63,267 nucleotides of DNA, filler included, from Olpidium bornovanus S191 (GCA_017911155.1; 32 parts of 32 records of this genome joined end to end with filler, not necessarily neighbours in it); one strand, 5' to 3'. Shown: positions 25,213-36,550, counted from the first letter of the whole stretch. The notes: generated by a model not told the origin, from the sequence alone. A program made the numbers and translations.

Positions 25213-27684
25213 CATGAGCTCGTCCAGCAGGTCGCGCGTGGCGTTCTCGACGAGCTTCGCCCGGTTGCTGATGGTGGCGATGACGGAGCCGCAACGCTTG
25301 TCCGTCTTTTCCAGGAAGGCCTCGACCGTCCACTGCTCGGGCTCGGACGGCAGGTCGCACAGCGCCAGCTCGGCGATCTTTTTCAGCCCGTGTTCTATTC
25401 GCCATTCGGTGATGTCCAGGACTTTGTCGATGAGCTCAGACAGCTTTCCGAGCTGCTGGTTGTTTGCGGCCAGATAGTTTTCGAGGTTCAGCGACGTCCT
25501 GGACGGGGCGTGGGAGTGGAGAACATTTTTTTGGCGGGTTAGTGGGTTTAGAAAGAAAAAAAAAAGTCGGAGATTTTCCGATTACCCCTCACCCCCCACC
25601 CCGCTTTCTTTTTCGTATTGTCTGTTACCAGGTCAACGCCGTCAGGCCCGGTGCCAGAGTCATGTCGAGCTTTTCGATGTGCGGGCCAATGGCTTTTCGC
25701 AACAGCGGCGACAGCCTCTCCACCGTGCGCTTCTTCGACTGCAGTATGTGCTGCAGGCCGATGGACAGGTTCTTGTAGTCCATCTCCTTGGCGCACACGT
25801 TCTGGATCGAGTCAGGGATGCTGAGGCCGAGGACTTGCATGCACTTCGCCTCCTTGATGAGCTGGTGGATCTGCGGGTCGAAGTTGACGTAGAAGTTGCC
25901 GTCGTTGTCTGCCACCAGCAGGGTGGCCTGCAAGCCGGACTTCTCCTGGTCGACGACGGAGTACCACGCGCGGTACCAGAGGGCTTCGAACTCGATCAGG
26001 GCGCGGGCGATCTTGTTGTAATTGCGCACGTGCCGCTTGGCCTCGGCGGTTTCCAGCACCGACGTGTCCTCGAACAGCTTCATCGGCATCTCAATGCGCC
26101 GGTAAAGCTGCCGGGCCCAGGCGATGGCCCCGGACACGGGCGGGGTGTTCCGCGGTATGGGCGGGGTCGCCTTGTGCTTCTCGTACAGCTTGCGCACCCC
26201 TTCTAAGTCCCTTCTCGTGTAGTGGACGAAGACGGTATGGTACTTGGACTCGAGGTCCAGCTGCATGCCCTGGATCTGCGAAAACTTGCCGAGGAGCGTG
26301 AGCGACTGCTCCGTGCTGGAGATGCGCTCAAACGACGAATCGATGAACTGCTGGAGGTTCGCCTCCAGGTCTTGGATCTGCTTCTTGAAAGTCAGGTAGT
26401 CTGAGTCGTATTCCTTTGGCGTAGAGAGTGAGGGGGGGGAGGGGGGGATGCGCGGGAAAAAAAAAACCAATACGAGTCAAACCCGCGGCCGCCCGCGCGT
26501 TCCCATTTCCCTTTCCCCCTCCCAATCCCATCGGGCAATTGGACACGAGGACCCCTCTCTACCCGTCCGCTTTACCCCCCCCCCCATCCCCCGCCTCCAC
26601 CGCGGCGCGGTTGTTCGTCATCCCCGGTTAATACCATTTTGCGATGGTCCAGGATGTCGTACGGCTTCCTCTGCATCTGCGTGAGGATGTTGGAAAAGCG
26701 CTTTATAATGGGATCCATGCCTTCGATCCTGAGCTCCTCCAGCATTGAAAACTTTTCGATGATGCTGAACATGTCCGTGACCTTTTGGATGCGCTTGCAG
26801 AACGCGTCGAATTTGCCGAATATGTACATCTCGGAGAAGTCGAACTGCTTCTCGTTCGGGGTCTCCTGGAGTTTGCGCTTGGTCTCGTGGAAGCACTTTT
26901 GGTACGCCTCGTCGAGGTGGACGCACTCCTCAAGCTTTTTGACGAGGACGGACCGCTCCTGCGACCAGATCTTGTCTCCGTCCTGGTGGGGGATTTGCGC
27001 GCGTCGTGCGGGATGTTAACGCGCTGTCGCACCACTGCCCCTTTCCCGCCTTCCCTCGCCGCCGGGAAGGGGGTGCGCATCGTCCCGGAAAAAAACAACA
27101 ACAAAGTAACAGAAAGGTAAAATATAATCAAAAAACAAAAAACAAAAAAAAACAAAACAAAAGGAATAAAAAAAACCAAGATTATGGGGCGCGCGATCAA
27201 CCTTGTATATGTACTCTTTGCAGCTTGTAATCATTTGGTTGGTAATCTTTACAAACAAGGAGGTCATCCTCTCCGAGGTGTTGTAGTACCGGGAAATGCT
27301 GTATATCATTTTGATGGCGTTGATGAGGCCGGGTATGGCTGGTATCATGCCCACGGGGTCAGAGCGGTACAGCGGCTCGCAGAACTTTTCCAGCGTGTAA
27401 AGGTACTTGACGTTGTCTTTGGACTCGTTGGCGGCGTCGGTGACGCGGTTGTCGAGGTCCTTCCAAACCTTGAGCAGGGTGCGCGACTTGACCGCGTTCA
27501 GGATGCCGATGACCTTCTTGCAGGTGGGCGATTTGAGCTGGTCGGTGATGCTGTTGAATTTCACCATGCGGGCCTTCCAGTGGGCGAGCTCGGCGTTTGG
27601 CCCGATGTCGTCGGCCTCCTTGCGCATCTGCTCGGACTCGGCGAGCACCTGCTCGATCTGTTTGCACCACTCTCCGACGAGCGC
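25213..27684 (-). CDS. DNAH5: Axonemal outer-arm dynein heavy chain (gamma, DNAH5/DNAH8 class), N-terminal DHC_N1 region
   Basis: [28 protein letters not shown]...[25 protein letters not shown]...[26 protein letters not shown]; [15 protein letters not shown]; [28 protein letters not shown]; [19 protein letters not shown]. Confidence 0.95.
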
Positions 27685-27784
27685 TTATAACGGGGGATGA
27701 ACAAGGGGGGGAAATGAGGGGAAAACATAGGAAAAAAGGAAACAAGCGAATAAGAAGAAAAAGTAAGAGAAATAAAAGAAGAGG

Positions 27785-27854
<70 letters not shown>

Positions 27855-30360
27855 NNNNNNNNNNNNNNNNNNNNNNNNNNNNNNNNNNNNNNNNNNNNTT
27901 AATTAATTAANNNNNNNNNNNNNNNNNNNNNNNNNNNNNNNNNNNNNNNNNNNNCATGATTCGAAAAATATAAAAGCTGTGAGGCGGCACCACGCTGCAG
28001 TAACAAGTATTTCGTTGTACGTGTGCAATTAAATTATATGCATAGTTTAATTACGTCAAATCTAGCCATTATTATATCCTCAGCTGGAAACGCCGGTCTG
28101 CCAAGGGAGAAGACGGGGCAATTGCGGATGTTTGAAGGCCGATGCAAGAGACGGCGTGCAAGCGGCCCTGGTATTACACGAAGAGCGTTGAGTTCGACTG
28201 GATAGCCATTACAAGAAAAAAAAAATGTACAGGCAATCACAGCGACGTACCATAAAACTTGCACTTTTCAAGACAGGAAATGTCAAACTTAGCCGGGCTC
28301 TGCAAGGACAGAGGCCGTTGCCCAGGAAGCGCCACGCGGAGGTGTTTGACAGGCTTCCCTTTTCTTTTTCTTCGGACAAAGAAAACTCCCACCCTTCTGG
28401 CAGAGAAAAGAAACCAACACCTTGCTCTTGACTGGTCTTGACGACGTCAGCGGCGGTTGCGACGTGTGGGCCTTTCCCGGGAAACCCGAACGCATGATGT
28501 CCATTGGACTAAAACTCAGTTTCAGGAGGAACCGCTGGGAAAGGCTGGCCTGGCACCGGTTCCACCGGGGCCGGCCACGCGCCTGGCCCCGCGCGTCCTG
28601 CAACCCAAAATTCGCCAGGAAACCATAACTCCCCGAGGAAGAGATTGCACTTTTTAGGGCGCTATTTCGCCCTGGGGTGTTATGATTTCCGGCGAATCCG
28701 GGACCCGACGGCGTCAGGATACGCGACCCTGCAGGAGCAGAGCCTCCCCCGGGATCGGTTCCTGACGGTGCCAGGCGCCTTTACGCAGGCGGCGCGGGGC
28801 GAATAAGAGACAGTGCGCACACCGGGCGGCCACACTCGCCACGCGCTCGCTGTAAAACGTCTGCGGGCGCGCGAAACAGAAACAAACGAGGAAAGAAAAA
28901 AAAACAACTAAAAAACAGAACGCATACGGACGCGTAAAAAAAAAAAAAAAAAAAAAAAAAGAGAGAGAGAGAGCCAAAGAGAGAAAGCCGGACGGGGGGG
29001 AAAAACCCCTCCCGCGCGCGTCTTTCAGCCTTCGAAGATCCCCGGGTTGCGAGTCGCGACACGTGTTTTTTTTCCGCCCTCGATGGTCGCGGTTTTCCGG
29101 GTTCGGGGAGCGGGGAGGCGGGAGAGGGGCGGCGTGCTTCTTATTCCAGCAGGGCCCGGAGAGGGCGGGGGTGGTGGACTCGGCTGATCGCGCACGCGCG
29201 AGAGTTTTCGTTGCGCACGTGACTTTCGCGTGACTTCTCCTCCCCTTCTTTCCCCCAAGCGCCATCGCACCTGCCCCGGTATTTGTCGCACCCAAGCAGA
29301 AAAAACGAAAAGCCGGTTGGCGAATCCAAGTCCAAAGACAATATCCCGTAACCAAACTCCGCAAATCCAAGGTACTACAGCGTGAGCAGCAACGAACTAA
29401 TTGGTTTACAAAGATACTACCGATGACCGAAAATAATCAACGCCCCAAGCCATGNNNNNNNNNNNNNNNNNNNNNNNNNNNNNNNNNNNNNNNNNNNNTT
29501 AATTAATTAANNNNNNNNNNNNNNNNNNNNNNNNNNNNNNNNNNNNNNNNNNNNCATGACGGAAGCCGAGGCAGAGGACCTGGATCGGCGCATCCGGGCA
29601 CGGCTCTCCGCCGAGGTGGAGGTGCTGCCGGATGTGCGGCCCTCCGCCTTCTAGACCTACCTCCCTCACGGAGCAGCGCGTCCACCAGGGCACGTTTCTG
29701 CGCTTCCTCCTGCGCCGCCTTCCTCGCCGTTTTTGACAACAGCGGCTCCGTCCCCGCCCTCTCCCGTCCCCCGGCCCGACGCTGACCCGACGACCGCCCC
29801 GTTTCCCTGGCGCGTCAGTTTGCCACGTTTTCCTGTTCTTCTGGCAAGCGTCCTCGTCTGCCCTCTCCTCCTCCTCCTCCTCTCTCCCGTGCCACTCCCA
29901 CCGCCTTCCCTTGCCTCCCGCCTTCCAACGCCACAACGACACGCACATAACACAAAAAAAATGTCCGCCACGAGAAACCAAAGTGGTTGCTGCAGGATGC
30001 CATTGCATTCTGGGCCTCCCAAACTAAGATTATACATCTTACAAGGAAAAAAGATTCATTTCGAATTTCCATTCAAACGCCGCGAAACCGCACGCAGCCG
30101 GCGCTGGCAAAATTCCGGGCACAATCCGTCGCCGCGTGCGCGACAGCGCCGGGTCGGCGCTAGATTTCCCCCTCGTAATATACTAAGCAAGGTAGTACTT
30201 GCCGGGCCAGCTGGGCCCCTCGTGTTCGAGCAAGAGCGGGGAGCTCCCGGCTGTACTTTCGCCAATTGTTATGCGCAAGCGGGCCGATTGGTGGTCAAGC
30301 TAAAAATGCCCTCGTTCACGGAATCATCGTTTCTTATCGATCCTCGCTGATCCCGAACAT

Positions 30361-30600
30361 TTACAGCTGGCTGGCCGAAAACGGCTTCTGCCGCTTCCGG
30401 TCGTTCCAGTTGAGACACCGCTCAAGGCTGCGGAACCAGTCGCGGCTTGGGTCCTCTCGGCATACCGTCGTGATTGGGTACGGCGAGAACGAGACAACAA
30501 TGGAATCACCGTAGGAGAGCTCCTGGCGGAACCGGCCGTCGAAGGACGCCCACCCGGTGGTGCGGCTGGCGCTCGGCACGCAGATTCGGAGGTTCCGTGT
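30361..30600 (-). CDS. NAD(+)/NADH kinase, C-terminal exon
   Basis: LRICVPSASRTTGWASFDGRFRQELSYGDSIVVSFSPYPITTVCREDPSRDWFRSLERCLNWNDRKRQKPF is a typical Utr1/Pos5-family C-terminus. Confidence 0.92.
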   Translation of the reverse strand, partial: TRNLRICVPSASRTTGWASFDGRFRQELSYGDSIVVSFSPYPITTVCREDPSRDWFRSLERCLNWNDRKRQKPFSASQL

Positions 30601-31033
30601 GCAGGGCTGAGCGGAGGACGCCAAGGGTTTAGCGACGCCGCCGCCCGACGCGCGGCACGGTGAATTGAAACTGTTCAAGCTGGCGAACAAAACGGGAACA
30701 GGCTCCTACCAGCTGGAATGGTCGGCATGNNNNNNNNNNNNNNNNNNNNNNNNNNNNNNNNNNNNNNNNNNNNTTAATTAATTAANNNNNNNNNNNNNNN
30801 NNNNNNNNNNNNNNNNNNNNNNNNNNNNNTAAATCAGCCTAACCCTGCGGCGCCCGGATGCACGCACAGGACCTCCTGGGCCCCCTCCGTTTTGCAACAT
30901 ATGCCGCGGCCCGCACGCCGATGCCAAAGCGGAAGGGGGGGGGGGGGCCCGCCCGGTGTTTTTTTTTTAAAAAAAAAAAAAAAAAAGGAAAAAAAAAAAA
31001 AAAAAAAAAAAAACAATCCGTTCACGTACGCAC

Positions 31034-31525
31034 CTGCTCAAGCAGCACCTGCAGCTTGAACCTGAGCAGCGTGTTCTCGTCCTGCAGGGCCCTGTTCCGC
31101 TCGATAAGGTCTGTGACCTGCTTGTTGTGCTCGGGACCGCCGCCGTTTACTGCAGAGAACGGGGGGAGATCAGGGCGCCGTCAGAGATCAGGACGCGCGC
31201 GACGGAAACGGCCCGTCTCCGTGTGACTTTTTGTTCACGTAATATCACGGCAGCCTCTGCATTCAGGGAACGGGGTGACGCCGAGTGAAAGCGAAGTGGT
31301 GCGGGGAGATTGGGAGGGGCCGGAGGGGGGAAAGTGGGGGGGGGAACAAAGGGCCCCCGGGGGGTCGGGCGACATACGGACGTGCCACTTCCCGTCCTCG
31401 AACACGGCCTGCACGTCGTCAAGTTGCAGCTGAATGGGCTGGTGGTCCTCCTCGAACCCGAACAAGCGGAAGGTCTTCGGCGAGGCGGAAAGCCTCCTCT
31501 TCACAGTCTCCCACGCCGCCGACAT
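31034..31525 (-). CDS. CBY1: Chibby-family protein (basal body/ciliogenesis); first two exons, last exon unresolved
   Basis: Exon 31525-31378 MSAAWETVKRRLSASPKTFRLFGFEEDHQPIQLQLDDVQAVFEDGKWH; exon 31149-31034 ...LIERNRALQDENTLLRFKLQVLLEQ. These match the Chibby FEDGxW and L(Q/E)EENNLLxLK motifs. Confidence 0.8.
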
Positions 31526-32052
31526 GAGACCGCCCGCTCTCTTCTCTCTCTGCCCTCCCGCGCGCCCACGCAGGCGTGTGATTATGCGCCGGCCTAGTCG
31601 GGGACGCTTTTTGCGCGGCGGGCGTTCGTCGAGGTGCTCGTCCCTCGCGGCGCAGCTCAATCGCGAAGTGCCCCGCACAAGACGGCGCTGTCCAGTGCGC
31701 GCCGGTACGAGTCCGCCGTCCGGCTGTCTTGTAAGCCTCGCGGCTGCGGACCCAAACTCTTTTAGGACAGTGAGAGGTTTTTTTTTTAAGGGTGGTTGCG
31801 ACGCAGAGGGAGCCAGCGACGCCAAACCCTCACCACCACCACCACCCCCTCCTTTACAACTGGCGGGCTTGTGGCGGGGTCGAGCATTCGTTGGAGACGC
31901 ACAAATAGCCCGTCTCCGGTGCGCTGAGAATCCTGCTGAAGCGGGTCTGCGAAGGAGCTGCCAAACCCATCGCATCCCGGACAAGCCCGGGGACCCTCTC
32001 GCATTTCTTGTTTACGTCGTTTTCCTCGGCTGATTTTCCGTGGCATTGGCTT

Positions 32053-32118
<66 letters not shown>

Positions 32119-32473
32119 TTGTTTGTTTTTTTTTTTTTTTTTTTGATCAAANNNNNNNNNNNNNNNNNNNNNNNNNNNNNNNNNNNNNNNNNNNNTTAAT
32201 TAATTAANNNNNNNNNNNNNNNNNNNNNNNNNNNNNNNNNNNNNNNNNNNNCATGAGTCCCCGGAAGAATTGAGCTCCCGTCGGGCCCAGGTGAAGTGCC
32301 TTAGACTTCAGCTGCTGCGGGGCCAGGAGCAGTGCGCCGTCACGGCAAGTCAAACCGGATCGCGCGGGAACTCGTAAGAACATTGGCCGACTTTGTGAGA
32401 GGATGGAAGAATTGAATGTGCAGTGTCAACGAAGACCCGGGCGAAGCCCGGTGAGAGTGTTGCGCATCAAAAG

Positions 32474-32546
32474 TGGGCCGACCGAGGGTCAAACTCAGGA
32501 CCTTTCCCTACCCGGAGGGATGCTCTACCCATTACGCTATCCGCCC
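32474..32546 (-). tRNA. tRNA-derived sequence inside the TRIM 3' LTR (probably not a functional tRNA; isotype unresolved)
   Basis: GGGCGGA TA GCGT AATGGGTA GAGC A TCCCT CCGGGTA GGGAA AGGTC CTGAG TTTGACC CTCGG TCGGCCC A. This 73-nt cloverleaf has 6/7 acceptor pairs and an intact T stem, but C56>T in the B box and a non-canonical anticodon loop. Confidence 0.8.
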
Positions 32547-32706
32547 TTCGCACCAGGTGTCTGGCTCGCCCGGCAAAGCCATACCAACGCCCCCACTCAA
32601 GCCAGGCACCTTAGGCACCACTTGTCAATGGGGCTCGACCACCCACCCAACCACAATCGGAGGGACCAAGTCACGATTAAACTCATAACCTGTTGCGCAT
32701 CAAAAG

Positions 32707-32778
32707 TGGGTTGACCAATGGTCAAACTCGGGACCTTCCCCTACCCAGAGGGATGCTCTACCATTGAGCTATCCGCCT
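32707..32778 (-). tRNA. tRNA-derived sequence inside the TRIM 5' LTR (probably not a functional tRNA)
   Basis: AGGCGGA TA GCTC AATGGTA GAGC A TCCCT CTGGGTA GGGGA AGGTC CCGAG TTTGACC ATTGG TCAACCC A. The A box/D arm (TAGCTCAATGGTAGAGC) is canonical; the acceptor and T stems are eroded. Confidence 0.8.
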
Positions 32779-33572
32779 TTCGCAGCAGGTGTCTGGCTCG
32801 CCCGGCAAAGCCATTCCAACAGAGAGATGCAGTGTCCCCAGAATGATTTGGGTGGAGGGTCAAACAAGCGCGTAACAAAAAGGACATCGAAGCGCGCGCA
32901 CACCATTGCGTTATGCCGAAGGTCAAAATTTTTGCGATAAAGCAAATGATTTTTTTTTCCGTCGTCCTGGACGTCTCGCTCTCGCGGCGAAACATTTCAC
33001 GGGATGAGGCTGATCTTTGGTGTCTTTGATCATCTCTGCTCGACGTTACGCGCGCAAATCGTTGAATTACAGATGACAGATCTCCGAACGCAACTGAAGG
33101 ACGTCGAGTGCAAACTGTTGGAGTCGCGTTAACAGCTGGCGGAGTCGCATTCTGAACTTGCCAAGTCCCAGTTTCAGCTCCAAAAAAACCAAAATCCAGC
33201 TTGATGAGTTGACGCTGCATCAGAACAAGGTGACGGCCGAGCTGAAGAAACAAACTCCCTGTGCCCGCGAGGAGACGTGGTGCTCCAAGGAACACCTGCG
33301 TGAGGCCGAAGAGAGATCCGGGCGATCGAACAAGCACTCAGAGAAAAGGAAATGGAAGCGCACGCGCACAAATGCGTCGTGCCTGAGGTCAGAATTTTAT
33401 TTGCGACAAAGCGGGCGTTTGTTTTTCGGCCACACCTGGACGTCTCTCTCCCGCGGCGAGGACGCCTTGCTTTCGCCGGCGAAATCCTACAATTTAACGG
33501 GATGAGGCTGATTCTTTTGGGGTGTTTGACGGTGTGCGCGCGCAGAGCATTAAATCACAGATGAAGGATCTC

Positions 33573-33690
33573 TGGTGGGGGCCGCCCCGCAAGACACCGA
33601 GTTCCCATGGCGAGCCATAGCTAGAGATAGACCAACGCCCTTACGGGCGCTCCGCCCAGGTTCCACACACCCCCTTCTTCGCCCCCAACA
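33573..33690. mobile_element. 118-bp solo-LTR-like insertion in an exon
   Basis: Termini are TGGTGGGGG...CCCCCAACA (1 mismatch), flanked by TCTC direct repeats (33569-33572, 33691-33694). Removing the insertion restores ATG AAG GAT CTC CGT GCA, which matches the paralogous exon start GAT CTC CGA ACG. Confidence 0.8.
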
Positions 33691-34814
33691 TCTCCGTGCA
33701 CGACTAAACGACACCGAAAACGAGCTGGCGGGGTCCCAATTTGAGCTGGTGCAGTGCCTGCCTCAGCTGAAAAAAAGCGAAGCCCAGCTCAATGAATTAC
33801 GGCAGCAGCTCGTCGAGAAGGAGACGCAGATTTCAGAGGCGGAGTCCCGAGCCCGCCACCGCGCACGAACAGTGCCAATCTTTTGTCGAGGACCAGCAGC
33901 GGCCGCGAGGCATGCACGAACAGTGCCGATCTCTTGCCGAGGGCCAGCAGCGGCTGCGAGACATGGTCGCCGAGCGCAACGCGCTCTTGCAGAGGGTATC
34001 CCGGCACCTGGACAAAATATTTGATTCCTCCGGCATTTTCCCGACCCGGCCGCTGCGACACTGGCCGAAAATCCGGAGTCTAAGAGCCTATTCGGCGAGA
34101 ACTTTAAAGACTTCAGCGAAAGCATGATGTCGCGGCTTGAGGGGGTTGTGTCAGCTCGAGGCAAATTTTGTGAACAGGGGGCAGGCATTGAGGAACACCT
34201 GCTTTGAGCAGCTTGAGTAGGTTAAACTGTCCGTAGTGTACCGTAGTTTGGCGCAAATTACCGCTTGTCTGAGCTTCGTCTCGAAACATCCTCAAAGATC
34301 ACCTCACCGCCAGCTTCACATCCGCGGCGAGCAGATTGAGCCGATCTTGAGGAAGGTGACAGATATCCAAGCGCGCGTCGAAAGGGTCGACCACTTAAAC
34401 AACTATGTCCAGTGCGTTTCCCTCCTAGTCGCTTTTTGATTTACTTTTGCACGTTCGGCGTACGAAAGTGGGAAGGTTTTCTGGGCGACGGCGGGTTACT
34501 ACCTGCTAACATTCGTATTGCTCTGTGCACATCGCATTGCCCAAAATCAGCTTCTTGGAGCCGCAAGTGGACAAGCGAAACAATAAAGCAGCTCGACGAC
34601 TCCATCGATGCGGGCGGCCCAGTTGCCCTGCCGCCAGAGTCCGAAATCCTGCTCCATATACACGTCTCGGAGCATGNNNNNNNNNNNNNNNNNNNNNNNN
34701 NNNNNNNNNNNNNNNNNNNNTTAATTAATTAANNNNNNNNNNNNNNNNNNNNNNNNNNNNNNNNNNNNNNNNNNNNCATGATTTAGCAGGTTTGGCAGCT
34801 GACCAAGTTTGTCT

Positions 34815-35500
34815 CCTCCCACGAGATTGAACAAAACTAACCCAGACAGCAGACATCGCAATCTCGGCACTCTTCCTGGAATCCGCAGTGATGTTCCTAA
34901 GATTGCTTACATCCTGCACGACGTCGACAATTGCTCGGAACACGTCGCCAACTGGTTTGTACACGTTTAGGGTGGTCGAAGTAACGACCTCTTTGAAGGT
35001 GTCGACTATCTCACGGATCGCCGCGTGAGCGTTGTGCACGGCCGCCTGTGGCGCATTAAAAGGAAATCAGAAAACAGAGGTCAGCGGCGAAAACCTATTA
35101 ACCGTCAAAAGCGGCGCCGTTCGGGGCGCGTTTCCCGCAAGAGACAGCAGTCGACGTCGCAGCGAACGACGGGGTCAAACGTGGGGTGGGGAGGGAGGGG
35201 TGGGGGGAGAGAGGTGGGTAACAAGGCCGAAGTGCACGGCCGCAAAGGCAACGGAACAAAACCTTACGTCACGCAGGCCACGCACGGCTTCCTTGATCGC
35301 GTCGGCGACTCTGACCGTGGTCAAGGACGGTGTCAGCGCACGCGTCAAACAGCGCGCGTTTAGCGCCTTTCGCGAAACAGCCTTCCGCGCTCCCGGGTTC
35401 GAGCGGGGAAAGGGCGGGCTGCAGGCGCGGCCCAAGGCCGGGCGCCGTCGCCGGCGGGGTCCCTTCCACCCCCCTCGCCGCGAACGCCCGCGGAGTCCCG
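34815..35500 (-). CDS. Hypothetical helical protein, two exons
   Basis: ...VADAIKEAVRGLRD (donor GTAAGG) and VHNAHAAIREIVDTFKEVVTS...VGDVFRAIVDVVQDVSNLRNITADSRKSAEIAMSAVW (donor GTTAGT); family not recognised. Confidence 0.3.
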
Positions 35501-36482
35501 ACACGCGCTTACCGCTTTTTCCCGGGCGGCCTTCCTTTTCTTTGCGCCAGCAGCTCCTTCAGCGGCCGAGCGCCGCTTCCGGCGCCGGGGGCCATACCCG
35601 CAGGTCCGCGGAGCCGACCAGCGAGAGGCCAGGCGCAAGAGGGGGACGCGTTTCGTTATTTTCTTCCTTGCGAACGGGGTAGGGCGGCGAGGGGCGGGGG
35701 TGGAGGTGGTCTGCGCGGAGCAGTAGGTAGGTGTTGCGGGGCGCGGCGGGGCGGGGGCGGAGCGAGGGCGGAGGCGGAGGCGGGGGAGGTTTATGTGAGT
35801 CTCGGGGCGGGGGAAGGGTTTTCGCCTTAGGCGGGCGGGAAAAGAGGGTGGGGCGCGGCGGGAGGGNNNNNNNNNNNNNNNNNNNNNNNNNNNNNNNNNN
35901 NNNNNNNNNNTTAATTAATTAANNNNNNNNNNNNNNNNNNNNNNNNNNNNNNNNNNNNNNNNNNNNACATGCACGAGGCGGCTTGTTAGTAAACCAAAAA
36001 AGCGGAATCACACGCCAATCCAGGATATCGCAAAGTCCTTGCCTATCGTCCATCCGGTTTGAGTCCAATGTCACGACAGCACGCACAGGACGAATCTCTG
36101 AAATTAATGATATTCAGGTGCCAGCTTAGCGGGAAGTTGAGTAGTGTACAGGGCGTGGGAACGGTTCCTGAGCAGAGCCCCGAGCCCGTTCAGGAACTGC
36201 AGGAAACCAAGTTGAACGATGTTTTTTTTGTAGGCTTGCCGATAACATAGATAGGGGGTTTCATTGACGGTTTGCGGATGTCATAGATAGTGTTTTATTT
36301 TTGACGGTTTGGCGGTGTCACATCCTTTCCAAAAGGAGCAGAGTGTCATCCAAGGCCGCCTGCTGCTCTTCGTAGGCAGCTTGCTGTTCGTCCACCGCCT
36401 GCTCTCGCGAACCCTGCTTCCGTGTTGTCAGGCGCGCGAGCGGGTGAGTTACGCCGTTTGGCAATACGTCACGAAGTCGGCG

Positions 36483-36550
36483 CAACCATTATTTACATGT
36501 ACGATATTAGGTTTTGCATTAGCAGAAGCTATTGAATTATTTGCATAATG
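36483..36550 (+). pseudogene. atp9: Nuclear mitochondrial DNA fragment (NUMT) of atp9
   Basis: An AT-rich island with mitochondrial-style codons (TTA, ATA, GGT, GCA) reads QPLFTCTILGFALAEAIELFA*M, against ATP9 QLFxYAILGFALxEAxGLFxLM. Confidence 0.8.

Larger units (their letters stand above)
32458..32821 (-). mobile_element. Complete 364-bp TRIM (non-autonomous LTR element) with tRNA-derived LTRs
   Basis: LTRs at 32691-32821 (5') and 32458-32589 (3') have TGTTG...CAAC(A/G) termini. TSD GAGAG at 32453-32457 and 32822-32826. On the minus strand, PBS GGTTATGAG lies directly after the 5' LTR (32690-32682) and PPT TTGAGTGGGGG directly before the 3' LTR (32600-32590). The 101-bp interior is non-coding. 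Confidence 0.93.
32252..34420 (+). pseudogene. Decayed coiled-coil protein gene with duplicated intron+exon modules, carrying two LTR-type insertions
   Basis: Heptad-like exons (DLRTQLKDVECKLLESR*QLAESHSELAKSQFQLQK; DLRARLNDTENELAGSQFELVQ...LRQQLVEKETQI; RDMVAERNALLQRVSRHLD) contain an in-frame stop and frameshifts. Introns at ~32930-33070 and ~33400-33560 are similar to each other. A 51-bp tandem duplication lies at ~33860-33965. Confidence 0.55.

Noticed and set aside
27955-29454. Gene call for contig 17
   Set aside because: Only short exon-like pieces were seen, with no recognisable motif.
32474-32778. Two functional tandem tRNA genes
   Set aside because: Both have TTTGA instead of TTCGA and non-canonical anticodon loops, and one has broken stems. 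They sit at equivalent positions within TSD-flanked LTRs.
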